Assembly: GCA_002269645.1 (NCBI GenBank)
Contig: NIVC01000197.1
Coordinates: 248,001 to 312,000 of the forward strand
Direction: 5' to 3'
Origin: Macrostomum lignano
Taxonomy: Eukaryota
DNA: 64,000 nt
Part shown: piece by piece, positions 1 to 13,068 of the stretch
Layout: every line of letters starts with the position of its first letter
Numbering within the stretch: the stretch's first letter is position 1
Program-made: the position numbers and the translations under genes
The notes under the pieces: generated by a model
Told to the model about the DNA's origin: nothing
The model's database searches: none
What the model saw: only the letters and a program-made list of their open reading frames with translations

Positions 1-287
1 TTTTCACACTGCCCCCGCCCCACCCTAATTTTTTTGCCTTTCTCGGAATTCCAGCCTAAAGCTGCCATGTACATTTCAGTGAACTGGCTAATGTACATTA
101 TTGCTGAACCAATTAGCAAATTGTTTCCGCCTGCAAGCTTGGGCTTCTAAACTTATCAAAGCCATTTCAGCTGCCTTATTTTTTTAAAATAGCTTATGTA
201 TTCTTCATTGCTACTGAACTGAAAGTAGAAAGCTGTTTCTTAAAAGTATATATGCCTGAGTGGCCCATCTAATTATTCTAGTATCTG
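1..287. mobile_element. Right part of a non-autonomous TIR element (MITE family A), truncated by the window edge
   Basis: Near-identical to about 14500-14773. Its end ATCTAATTATTCTAGTATCTG matches the reverse complement of the left end at 14329 (CAGATACTAGAATAACTAGAT). Confidence 0.7.
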
Positions 288-376
288 TTGTTAAGAATTT
301 CAATATAAAAAATATTAATGTCTGTACCCTACCCTGATAGCTTCAGAAGTCAGCTCAGCAGTCTCAGTGTTTTCAG

Positions 377-581
377 ACTACTCAAAGTTGACAATTAATG
401 GAAATCTCGGATCCGAATTCAGAATGCCAAAAGTACGGTCGCACGCTATGACAGAAAGCCTTGTTCCTTGGCATAAATAAACAATAAGTGATTATTAAAT
501 GAACTTTAAATTATTTACCCTTGTATATTTCAGAATCCACCGCCGTCTCCGTCCCACGCTGATGAGAACATGATGGATTAG
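377..581 (+). CDS. Probable last two coding exons (377-432, 534-581) of an unidentified upstream gene
   Basis: TTTCAG acceptors at 376 and 533 and a GTACGG donor at 433. The phases join into xYSKLTINGNLGSEFRMPK-NPPPSPSHADENMMD*. No family recognised. Confidence 0.4.
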
Positions 582-1731
582 CCTAAATTTGTCTGCAATG
601 AAAAATTGATACAAGTTTAAAATGTTTATTTATCGTGAAAAAAGCATTTTAGACTAGACTACTTATCGTTATATGTTTTGTGCAGACTTTTGACTAAGAC
701 AGGACATTGCTTATCTTGATTGATATTTCCTTTTGATGTTGTACAGTTTGTGCTTTCAAATCGATGAATCAATGGTAGGTACTTGCACTTGAATTTAAAT
801 TTTTTATGGAAGTTGACTTATTTTAATTTACTGCTATATTAGGAAAGTAATAAGTTGCAAGAATATGTAAACCCAGAAGTAAGCTTTTGCTATATTCAGA
901 TTTGCGTACAGTTCCTTTTTTGTCGCAGTTCCTCCTTTTCTTCACCCTTTGACTTTAATGAGTTTTGCTACTTGCAGCATCAGCGTGAGCTCTATTTAAT
1001 CTGTTACATATTTACACTCAGAACACCAAAACAGCAGCAGCCCATTATTTGCAGTGTTACACTTTCCGCACTCTGTTATTATTAGCCCCATTCACCTTCA
1101 GATATGACTCCATCACAATAGCTTTAGTTAGATTTTGCCAATTCTCTTCATCAGATCCAATGCTAATACCAAAATATATATTCACAATTTGCCATTTTTT
1201 GTGAAGCTGATTCAACAGCTTATACTAACTTGACTGCTAGAGTTTCATTCATTTATTATGAGTATTTTTAATTTAGCAGAATGAAAACTTTAGGTACTGC
1301 GTTAACCATCCTATTACTGGATAACTAAAAACTAGAAGTAAAATGAGCTCCCAAAGAATTTGATTTGAAAAATTCTGAAAAATTTTTTGATTTAGATCTC
1401 GATCAAAGTTAGAATCCCAATGCCGCCCGATCCCAAAAAAGTTTGATCCCATCTTACCTCTAAAAACAAATCGATTCTTGCCCCTACGATATTTGATCCC
1501 TATCTAAACCTGTCGTCGTGATAACAGCTTATGACCTTGTTATGAAACAAAATAAAACAATAAATGCAATGAAATAAATCAAAGTAATATTTTATTTTCT
1601 TGTCGACTAAAGTTACAACTAAACTAAAACTAAGCTGAACAAACTAAACAAGCTAAACTAAACTAGTTGCTCCTTTCCAATCTGTTTTGATTTTTGTAAT
1701 CTTCGATTGCTTGTACAAATTTTCAGCTCCA

Positions 1732-4727
1732 ATGATCGGTACTGGGTCCGGATCTTCACAAGAAATACCGGAAACTGTTGGGTAAGCCTTATGTGTATAT
1801 AACTCAGATTTACGTCATATTAATATTCATTTAATAATTTTTATTAAATAAAAATATGCATATGCCTTTTTCAGAAATGAGTATGAACCATTCCGCCTGT
1901 ACTTCACCGGATTTCCGTACACATTTAACGAGGTGAGTTTTATCTTCATTATCTTTTTTCTTTATTAGTAGAGGATAAACACTTTCAAGACAAAAATATC
2001 TACGATTTTAAATTATCTCTGTTTTAGGACAATATACGATGCCTTTTCGAACAGTTCGGACAGTTATCTGACGTTCGCATCGTCAGGCCTCCGAATGGCA
2101 CTTGTATTGCTTTCCTTACACTCGGTAGAAAATCGTCCGCTCTGAAGGCCATTGAGGCTTTGAATGATAAAATGTTTGGCCATCAAAAGCTAAAATTATG
2201 CAAAGCGCGACCGGAAACGAAGCGTGAACACCAATTTCAATCCAGCAGTTCCAATACGCTATCGTGGCGACCGAATGTCGTCTCTGAAATTGGTAATACG
2301 ACTAGCACAGAACAACAGGACGCAGTTGAGCAGAGCGTGGAGACAGACAGAGTCCCGGTAGTTAAAGAGACTCAATCGATAGAAGAAAAGTGTTCAACCG
2401 AAGCAATCGAACAAAGCCACGATCATGAGAAGCCGCGTGAACATTCGCAAATTGTTCAGGACTTCATATCAAATGATAAATTTGAACGGAAACGTAGTGA
2501 CCGTCAGGGTAGTTCTCGCACAATTATTAACCGGAGTAATTCAGAGCCCGAAATCGAAATGGGACTTTCCTGTAACGATGTCGTTGATGTTGAGGTGACC
2601 GAATTCGAGTCCGCTACCCGCTTCTGGGTCAAATGGCAATATCAGCCGGATTCAATGTTTGATTTAAGTGAGGCTATGCGTGAATGGTATGTTCATCCTG
2701 GCTCAGTGGTGACTGAAGTAACGCTTAATAGACCGTACCTTGCTTTGATTGACAACGGCATTACTCGAGTGCAAGTAATCGACAAGGCTGATGAAGAAAA
2801 TTACTACCGAGTGCTGTGCGTGGATCTTGGATACGAAAGCGAGGTTGATCGGTCTTGCCTGCGCACTCTGCTAAAATGTCACTCAACACTGCCTGCCAAT
2901 GCTGCGCTGGTTTCGTTTCGGGGCATCACGGCGCAGGACTTGCAGCTCACGACTGTCAATGAACAAATTGGCCGTCTTTTGGAGAACAATCATTACACTA
3001 TGAAGATTCAGAAGTGCACCTCTACTTCCATCAATAGCCATTTTGGCTTCAAAATTACACCAATTGTCATTGTGGAGTCGAGTTTGCAAAACCTTGGTAA
3101 CGAGAAATTTGTGTCTGACAGTTCTTATACAACATGCCAACTAGACAAATCAACATTAAGCGCACCTGTTCAGGTAGGTGTTATTCAGACAGTTGAAAAT
3201 TGCGACTATAACCACAAGTCTGACAGCAAGCTGGCAACACAAGGTGCAGCTCTAAACAACCATGCCGAATCTGAATCGCGAGACCAGTCTCCATTGCAGA
3301 CCGTCGTTGGATTCACCGAACCTCCGCCTTCACAGACAGCCTCACTCAATAACTCAGATGTCTGTGAGTCAGGGCAACTAAATCATGAAAACTGCATTGA
3401 GTTTGACAACTCTCAATCGACTACTGACTTGCTTTCTCAGGATATGACATCCTCGACAACAAAACTCAAGTTTCCTACCACTTCAAGTGGAAAATCTGTC
3501 ACCACTGTCAACGACAAATCGGCAGCTCCGGCTTTAAGCCAAAGTAAATTTGAGTCCCATATCGAGCAGCCAGCAGCCAGTGTTGCCTTTAATTCGGCTC
3601 CGCAACCTAATGAAACTCTTGATTTTGATAGCCGTGAATCTATAAATCAAGCTTGTTCTGACAAGCATTTGCGAAGCAACTCCTTTTCACCAGAGATTGT
3701 GCTTAACAATATGTCTATTACAGTAGACAGATCAAGCCAAAAGCGGTATGTTCAATTACAATGCATGACCTTTAAGCTAACTCGTGAAACTTTCCGTGAT
3801 AGTACAGAACTTCTAAACAGCTCTGAAAGAGATGAAAGCAGCAGATGCAACAAGTTGACAAGATCTGTGCGCCCCGGGATCGGACTATGGCAAACTCGAT
3901 TTCAACGGAAAGTCCAACCTACCTCAGATGGCAAAGTTGACCGCAATATCACTTCAGCAGCACCTGCTCCTAAAAGCGCATCTACTTCCCCTCTAACATT
4001 TAACTTGCTAGATTCAATCGATGAGCTTGCGGTGTCTCAGAAAAGCTTGACTGCTTGTAATCCTGTGATTACTGAGGCAGATAATCTAGTGGACAGCTCA
4101 AACCAACGCGTGAACAGCACTCAAGCAGAGCGAATTGAGTCCGATGTAAAGCGGTCACTTCCTGAGCAATTTCTGGCGGTAGGTTCGCCTATTCGAGTAG
4201 CGATTGTTCAGCAAGATGGCAAAAACTTTAAAAGTGACTTCTTTGTCGTGGTGCTACTCTACAGCGAAGAATTCGCTAAGGCAGCAGAGACTGTTGCAAA
4301 GTTCAACTCACTGGATCGAGAATTTATTGAATCAGTTTTGTGTCGTGTCCATGTACCTCGTGTTGGTGATTTTTATCTTGTTGAACATAGCCCAACATCC
4401 AAGTTTCATCGAGCGCAGCTTATCAGTTTGGATCCTAAGAACAGTGACTGTCAGGTACTCTTTGTTGATTTCGGTGTTACACTGTCAGTAAGCTCCGATT
4501 CTTTATTTGCTATTCCAAATCAGCTAGCTAGTATTCCGCCACAGGCCTTCGCTTGTTGCCTTCTTGAACCGATGTCCGAGTCAGTTGAGAAGAAGGTTGC
4601 TGCTGAACTCAAAACCAATAATCCGTGTTACGCTGTTTTCACATCCAGTTATAAGCCCGGAGGCGTCATTCGGATTGTCCAGAAGATTATTACACCTCAT
4701 TTAGATAGCGATATTTCTGCTATCTAA
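1732..4727 (+). CDS. RRM + two extended Tudor domain protein (about 935 aa), Vreteno/TDRD10-like architecture
   Basis: Exons 1732-1781, 1875-1932 and 2028-4727, with consistent phases. RRM: RLYFTGFPYTFNEDNIRCLFEQFGQLSDVRIV...CIAFLTL...AIEALNDKMFG. Tudor-like segments include RVLCVDLGY (about 2575-2930) and KFHRAQL...QVLFVDFG (about 4180-4560). Confidence 0.8.
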
Positions 4728-5305
4728 ACTTTCGTAGCATCTGCGTCCTTAACACCAAGCGTGAAATTTACAATACGGCTGTTTGTTTATTGTTTAAGTT
4801 ATTATCGACTAAAAACCTGCATTTCTCATTCATCTTTGATGTCAATCAAGTCTGTCATTGTGTTTGTCAGACGAAATAATAAGCGAGTGGTTTTTATTAA
4901 AGGCTCTGAAAGCTTCTACAGTGACTAGACAGAAAAATGTTTCTTCTGAAATCCAACCTTCCCTGATAATGTGCGGAATTTTTCGACTTTCTTCTGAATT
5001 ACGAAAGTTTGGTCTGCTGGGAATAGCGGCAAAGAACCATTATTGACAAAATGTAAAAAATTGTTAAATTTCATGCATCGATTTGTGTAAAATAAAATAA
5101 ATGTTCAGTCATGCACTCGTATGTACCAGGTATGTATTGAAGACTGCAGCTTTGTATTATACTGTAAGTATTTAAAATGTTAATTTTAACTAATTTCATG
5201 ACTTAATGTCACATTTGTGTACATTTTCTTGTTTTTATTTCTCTATGTATGTTCGGATGTATGTCTCTTCTCTATGTATCTACTATATGGTTATTGTTAC
5301 ATTAA

Positions 5306-5375
5306 GTTTTCAACGTTGTGAAAGTGGCTGCTATTTGAGTTTTCGATGTGAAATTTCGACCTTGTGAAAGCACTC
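5306..5375. mobile_element. Solo arm fragment of the foldback-like element seen at 6825-7234
   Basis: GAAAGTGGCTGCTATTTGAGTTTTCGATGTGAAATTTCGACCTTGTGAAAGCAC closely matches the reverse complement of about 6880-6945 and ends like the TIR at 7234 (GAAAGCAC...CCCC). Confidence 0.65.
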
Positions 5376-6545
5376 CCCCCCCTGATGGCACAGAAAAAAT
5401 AATAGTGCACAGAACATTCACAACCCATAATTGCAGGCTGGCAAGCCATCGCTCCCTAAAAATAAACGGCCACTGTTCGCCATCATATCTGCCAAAACTA
5501 GGGTCCCGTCTGGCGTCTATGCTATAATAAGGGGGTTGTGCAGTTTTGCTTTGCAACTTGGCTGAGCGACCGAATTCTTGTTTAAATCCACAATTTGGCT
5601 GGTAGAGGGTTGTGAAATGTATAAATAATGGGATCTAAACGCTATGATATCAAAAAGCTGTCTGCGACAGTTAGACAATGGAAAACGCCCGCAATGATTG
5701 ATTGTTTTGTATCGCATGTTTTGTTGTTTTGTTTCGTTTGCTGCCTTTCAATAATAATATAGTTTAAATTCATCAGTTTACCAATGCTATTCTGGTTTTT
5801 GTTCCTTTATTATTTCTATGCTCGAATCGCTTTAGTAGCTCAGGCAATACCATATCTAAATAAATTTCACAATTCTTTAACAGGTACAGGTAGGGCTGGT
5901 AGGCACTTTATGATAGGATAGGAAACAATTTAAATCATTTTTTAGGTTTTTTATAGAAGAGATTAAACTAAGGCTTCTCTTATCAGAAGTAAGAAATAGT
6001 GTAAAAATGCTGTTATTATCAAAACGCTTCGATCGGATAAACCTCTTTATTAAGACTTACTAAGCAATGGGGATTGGGGGGAGGCAATGCAGATTGCAGA
6101 CTAAATGGCTAAATGGCAGGAAAAAAGCATTGCGGGCAAACCTCCGCACGACAAAACTCGGCAGGCAATTCGTCTGCTGGCGATTATCGTGCTCCCTTGT
6201 AGGACAAAATCGGCTTGTGACTATGCTAGGCTTGAGCTGTGTGTACATGGCTAGCGTTGGGCTGGAGGGGTGGGTTAAAGTATCGATCGCCTCCACAATT
6301 CCTTCCCCCAAGCCTAGTTCCAACCCACCCCCCACTCACTCCAAGCCTCCAGGGCCGACCTCAAACTGTGTGGGGCAGTAAAGTCGGGAAGGCTTGTAAA
6401 GATAAGTTAAAATCAAATTCGCGCTAGAGGCATTAAAGATAACTTTAATGCGATACCATACGATACCACTAATGATAAACTCGATTTGTTTTTAACTTCA
6501 GATTCAGATTTCTCCAAAAGAGGACTATTTTAAACCACAAACAAA

Positions 6546-9500
6546 ATGGCTGCTTCTGATCCGTCGCCGAATCTATTCATTGTGTTTCGCAGTGCCGATA
6601 CCGTTTCTGAGGATGATGTTCGAGCCTTTTTAGAATCTTTTGACGCACCCGAAACGCTTAGCGTTCCTAGGCGTAAGGAAGGCGAAAGTCGACTCTGGTA
6701 AGTGGATCAAACAAATTTATCACTTGCGTGCTAAATAAACAAGCACCAAAAAGTACATATCTAATAAAATATTAAAATCAGAATCAGGCAGTGGTCAGCT
6801 GAAATCAATGGGGGGCGGCAGAATGGGGGGGTTTCACAAACTCGAAATTTCACAACGTCGAAAGCACCTTCTTTTACAAGGTCGAAATTTCACAAGGTCG
6901 AAATTTCATAACATCGAAAACTCAAATAGCAGCCACTTTCACAAGGTCGAAATTTCACAACATCGAAAATTTTAGCCAGAGACTTTATAAGGTCGAAATT
7001 TCATAAGCTCGAAATTTACACAAAGTAGAAAACTACTGTATGGTTCTTGATATATAAAATTTTCGACTTTGTGAAATTTCGAGTTTATGAAGTTTCGACC
7101 TTGTGAAATTTCGACCTTATGAAGTCTCTTGCTAAAGTTTTCGATGTTGTGAAATTTCGACCTTGTGAAGTTTCGACCTTGTGAAATAGTTTACTTTTCG
7201 ACGTTGTGAAATTTCGACCTTCTGAAAGCACCCCGGCAGAATCAGGCAGTGGCCAGCAGAAGTCTATCGTGAGGGTGGGGGGCGGCAGAATCAGGCAGTG
7301 GCCAGCTGAAATCAATGGGGAGGGTGGGGGGGCAGAATCAGGCAGTGGCCAGCTGAAATCAATGGGGGCGGCAGAATCAGGCAGTGGCCAGCTGAAATCA
7401 ATGGGGGCGGCAGAATCAGGCAGTGGCCAGCTGAAATCAATGGGGGGGGTGGGGGCGGCAGAATCAGGCAGTGGCCAGCTGAAACAAATGGGGAGGGTGG
7501 GGGGCGGCAGAATCAGGCAGTGGCCAGCTGAAATCAATGGGGAGGTTTGGGGGGCGGCAGAATCAGGCAGTGGCCAGTGAAATCAATGGGGGCGGCAGAA
7601 TCAGGCAGTGAGTGGCCAGCTGAAATCAATGGGGGGTGGGGGCGGCAGAATCAGGCAGTGGCCAGCTGAAATCAATGGGGAGGGTGGGGGGCGGCAGAAT
7701 CAGGCAGTGGCCAGTGAAATCAATGCGGGCGGCAGAATCAGGCAGTGAGTGGCCAGCTGAAACCAATGGGGAGGGTTGCTGGCGGCAGAATCAGGCAGTG
7801 GCCAGCTGAAATCAATGGGGAGGGTGGGGGGCGGCAGAATCAGGCAGTGGCCAGCTGAAACCAATGGGGAGGGTGGGGGCGGCAGAATCAGGCATTGAAA
7901 TGAGATTTTTTATTTCTAGAACTTGTGAAATATTTTTTAGCTTCGCCACATACGAGTCGGAGGCCAAGGCCACGTCCGTAATGAACGCCATCATCGATTC
8001 CGGCGCCAATTTAAAAGGCGAACGCCCGACTGTGCGGTACAACAATGGTCAGAGAGATAACCGGCGCCGAACTGTCGGCGGTGCTGGCGGTGGAGGCGGC
8101 CCCAGCTCAGTGAGTAGTTTTGGGCAGCGCCGCGATGACGCCAGGATGGGATCGCAGAGCTCGCTGAGCAAGTCTGGCTTTGGTGGATTTGGCAGCGGCG
8201 GAGACACTGCTGCCAGGTCGGCTTGCCGTAGCTCTGGCGCTGCTGCTAGCCAGTTCTATGCTAATAAGGACATAGATCTTGCCCGTCTGGTTATTAAGTA
8301 AGCTTTTTTGTTTGTTTATTAACCCTTTATTAACCCTCTTAGAAAAGAGGGTAGAGGAGAGAGGAGAGAAGAGGGTACAGGGGAGAGAATAGGGTAGAGA
8401 AGAGGGTAGAGGAGAGAGGAGAGAAGAGGGTACAGGGGAGAGAATAGGGTACAGGGGAGAGAATAGGGTAGAGAAGAGGGTAGAGAGGAGAGAAAAGTGG
8501 AGAGAAGAGGGGAGAGAGGAGAGAAGAGGCGAGAGAGGAGAGAAGAGGGAAGAGAGGAGAAAAGATTGGAGAGGAGAGAAGAGGCGAGAGAGGAGAGAAG
8601 AGGGAAGAGAGGAGAAAAGATTGGAGAGGAGAGAAGAGGCGAGAGAGGAGAGAAGAGGGGAGAGAGGAGAAAAGATTGGAGAGGAGAGAAGAGGGGAGAG
8701 AGGAGAAAAGATTGGAGAGGAGAGAAGAGGCGAGAGAGGAGAGAAGAGGGGAGAGAGGAGAAAAGATTGGAGAGGAGAGAAGAGGGGAGAGAGGAGAAAA
8801 GATTGGAGAGGTGAGAAGAGGGGAGGGGGGAAAGACGAAAAGAGACACCAAGCTCAAGCACATACATGCGCAACCTCCAAAATTCGGTCGGCCATGCGAC
8901 TTAGTTTTAACAAAAATGCGACTTACATGTAAAAAACCCTAAAGCAAAATTAACGCAACTTTGGGTAAACGGCAGGAGTAACTATGACTGTCTTATTAGG
9001 TCAAAATGCCTCGTCAGCTACTTAGTACTACTACTTTAGTATTTTTTCCGGTGGGCATTTTTGCGACCTCCTTGGTTTGGTTGGCCGTCAAATCGGTCGG
9101 CCGGATCGGCCGACTCGGCCGACTATTGCGCATGTATGCTCAAGCAGACTGGATTGCTATTGCAAAGTGTTGAAAGACCCGAGGGCCGGATAGAGAGGCT
9201 TCGCGGGCCGCATGTGGCCCGCGGACTGGACTTTTCCGACCCCTTCTTTAAGGTTTAAGCCATGGCTTTACCCTAACTCTTCCTTGATTTACCTTTGGTT
9301 TGGCCTACCAACAACTTTTAATTGACCCTTGGCATCAGAAACCTCCCTCTATGAGCCACAGCATTTCAGAAATTTCTATTCTCAACTCAATTTATCAATC
9401 AACATCCGCGCAGAGTGGAGACTGGCAACGGCGTGCGTCACATCGAATGCCAGCCGGATTGTTTCAATCTGATGAGGCAGTTCATGGCGCCGGATGAGGT

Positions 9501-12500
9501 GGACACCGGAATTCGGGCCTTTGCCATCTCCGCCAATGGTGGCGGGGGCCAGCAGGCGCCAATTCCAATCAGAGCTGAGCAAACCGCGCCAGTGTTGACC
9601 AATGGCCAGCGGCAGCACAATAACGGCGGTGGCCTTCGAACTTCTTCAAGTCCGCAGCAGCTGATGCCGCCGCCGCCACCGCTTCGGCAGCCGCAGGCGC
9701 CGCCTCAGACTGTCGTCCCAGAGGCTGCGTCAACCGTGCCTAAACCAGTAGCGCGCTTCGAGCCCAGACGCCTGGCACCGGGTGAACGCCTGCGGGCCCA
9801 GCTAATTGAATTCGATTCAGTGAACCAGTTTACAGCTGTTGACATGAAGCTGGGCGAGAAGTACCAACAACAGGTGGAGGTTTTGATTGATCGGCTCTAT
9901 AATAATGCCAATGGTCTGGCTGTTAGGGAATCTGCTATCGATGCTAAGGTGGGCGACTGCGTGTGCGCCATGTGGGACTCCGACAGCAAATACTATAGGG
10001 CCGTGGTGCGCGAGGTGTCCGGCGGCCGGCTCACTGTGTTCTTCTTTGACGAGGCCTCCATCGATGGCGTGCAGGCTGCCAAGGTGCGGATACGTTAGTT
10101 TTTAATAAAAGTTAATACCCTCTGGGGGCCTGGGGAGAGCTGAACACCCTCTGAGGGGGCCTGGGGATAACTGAACACCCTCTGGGGGCCTGGGGAGAGC
10201 TGAACACCCTCTGGGTGCCTGGGGAGAGCTGAACACCCTCTGGGGGCCTGGGGAGAGCTGAACACCCTCAGGGGGCCTGGGGAGAGCTGAACACCCTCTG
10301 GGGGCCTGGGGAGAGCTGAACACCCTCTGAGGGGGCCTGGGGAGAGCTGAACACCCTCTGGGGGCCTGGGGAGAGCTGAACACCCTCTGGGGGCCTGGGG
10401 AGAGCTGAACACCCTCTGGGGGCCTGGGGAGAGCTGAACACCCTCTGGGGGCCTGGGGAGAGCTGAACACCCTCTGAGGGAGCCTGGGGAGAGCTGAACA
10501 CCCTCTGAGGGAGCCTGGGGAGAGCTGAACACCCTCTGGGGGCCTGGGGAGAGCTGAAAACCCTCTGAGGGGGCCTGGGGAGAGCTGAACACCCTCTGAG
10601 GGGGCCTGGGGAGAGCTGAAAACCCTCTGAAGGGGCCTGGGGAGAGCTGAAAACTCTCTGAGGGGGCCTGGGGAGAGCTGAACACCCTCTGAGGGGGCCT
10701 GGGGAGAGCTGAAAACTCTCTGAGGGGGCCTGGGGAGAGCTGAACACCCTCTGAGGGGGCCTGGGGAGAGCTGAACACCCTCTGAGGGGGCCTGGGGAGA
10801 GCTGAAAACCCTCTGAAGGGGCCTGGGGAGAGCTGAAAACTCTCTGAGGGGGCCTGGGGAGAGCTGAACACCCTCTGAGGGGGCCTGGGGAGAGCTGAAA
10901 ACTCTCTGAAGGGGCCTGGGGAGAGCTGAACACCCTCTGAGGGGGCCTGGGGAGAGCTGAAAACTCTCTGAGGGGGCCTGGGGAGAGCTGAACACCCTCT
11001 GAGGGGGCCTGGGGAGAGCTGAAAACCCTCTGAATGGGGCTGGGGAGAGCTGAACACCCTCTGAGGGGGGCGAGGGAGAGCTGAACAGTCACCCTCAGAT
11101 GCCTCAATGATAGGCAGGAATGTGGATGCTTTGATTTATAGTCGCGAGTCGCATTCCCATTTTCCCTATCAGGTTCGCATAATTGCTCCCGAGCTGATTA
11201 GCCTGCCCAACCTGGCCCTGCTATGCCGTCTTGACGGTGTGCAAGATTCCGAGTTTAACCGCCTGCGTAACAAACTAGCTGCTGCCGGCTTTATCGTAGA
11301 CTTAGAGATTGTACAATGCAACGGATTCGAGTGCTCAGTTCGAATGTATCTGGGCGGCGAGTGTCTTAACAATGCCCCGGCTGCTGCCGCGCCCGCTTCT
11401 CAAGCAGCTTCGTCGCTGCCTGTTCGCAGCGTCGAGCCCAACCGCGAGTACCCAGTGGTGGCTATTGAAGCCGCTTCGCCCGCCGAGCTGGGCCTCATGC
11501 TGATTGAACACGAGACCGACTACCAGGCTGTGGCCGCTCTGCTTGCTCAAATCAATGCCAACAATGGCGCAAATCTGGAGCCTCTGCCCGCTATACCGCC
11601 AGTTGGCTCAGCCTGTCTGGCCAGGTGGGCCCAAGATAATAATTTCTATCGGGCCAGAGTTATCCAACTAGTCGGAGACAACAGGTGCCGGCTGTTCTTC
11701 CTCGACGATGGCAACACCGACATGGCCGACTTAGAACAGCTCAAACAACTGCCGGCCGAGTTGACAGCAAAGCCGCCTGTGGCGCTGCGCTGTCGCGCCG
11801 TCAACGCGTCCGATGCCCGCCTGACCAAGCCGATCCCGACCAACTGCGAGATGCTGGCCGTCTTTGCCGCCGGGGGCGCCGGCGATGCCGAAGTTTGTTT
11901 CGACGCTTCACTTGTTGGCCTTCAATTTGCGGCCGATAAGAGTGACGCGTTAATAGTGTCTGTTCCGGCTGCTTCGTCAGCTTTACCCGCTGCTCCTGCA
12001 GCTGCCGTCCCGGCGTTCTTGGCTTCTGTTAACAATATTGATCAGGGCGACGATTCGCGCGAAGTTCGCATCGTGCATATGGACTCACCGATAGATTTCC
12101 TGGTGCAGCGCACCGATATGTAAGCGCTCTAAACCATGAGTTTCATTGTATCTTTTCTATTCCCTTTCCCTCCGCTTCTCGCTTCCCCATCTCCCCATCC
12201 GCTTCTACCTTTTCCCATCTCCCCATCAACTTTTCCCTTTTCCCCATCTCCCCATCCACTTCTCCCTTTTCCCATCTCCCCATCAACTTTTCCCTTTCCC
12301 CATCTCCCCATCCACTTCTCCCTTTTCCCATCTCCCCATCAACTTTTCCCTTTCCCCATCTCCCCATCCACTTCTCCCTTTTCCCATCTCCCCATCCACT
12401 TCTCCCTTTTCCCATCTCCCCATCCACTTCTCCCTTTTCCCATCTCCCCATGCACTTCTCCCTTTTCCCATCTCCCCATACACTTCTCCCTTTTCCCATC

Positions 12501-13037
12501 TCCCCATCCACTTCTCCCTTTTCCCATCTCCCCATACACTTCTCCCTTTTCCTATCTCCCCATCCACTTCTCCCTTTTCCCATCTCCCCATCCACTTCTC
12601 CCTTTCCCATCTCCCCATGCACTTCTCCCTTTTCCCATCTCCCCATCCACTTCTCCCTTTTCCCATCTCCCCATCCACTTCTCCCTTTTCCCATCTCCCC
12701 ATCCACTTCTCCCTTTCCCATCTCCCCATGCACTTCTCCCTTTTCCCATCTCCCCATCCACTTCTCCCTTTTCCTATCTCCCCATCCACTTCTCCCTTTT
12801 CCCATCTCCCCATTTACTTCTCCCTTTTCCCATCTCCCCATGCACTTCTCCCTTTTCCCATCTCCCCATGCACTTCTCCCTTTCCCATCTCCCCATGCAC
12901 TTCTCCCTTTTCCCATCTCCCCATGCACTTCTCCCTTTTCCCATCTCCCCATGCACTTCTCCCTTTTCCCATCTCCCCATGCACTTCTCCCTTTTCCCAT
13001 CTCCCCATCCGCTTCTCCCCTATCTACCTAGGCACGT

Positions 13038-13068
<31 letters not shown>

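Noticed and set aside
1390-1500. TTTGATCCC motifs similar to the 62.6-63.7 kb array
   Set aside because: Only short 9-mers are shared, which is insufficient to claim homology without an alignment.
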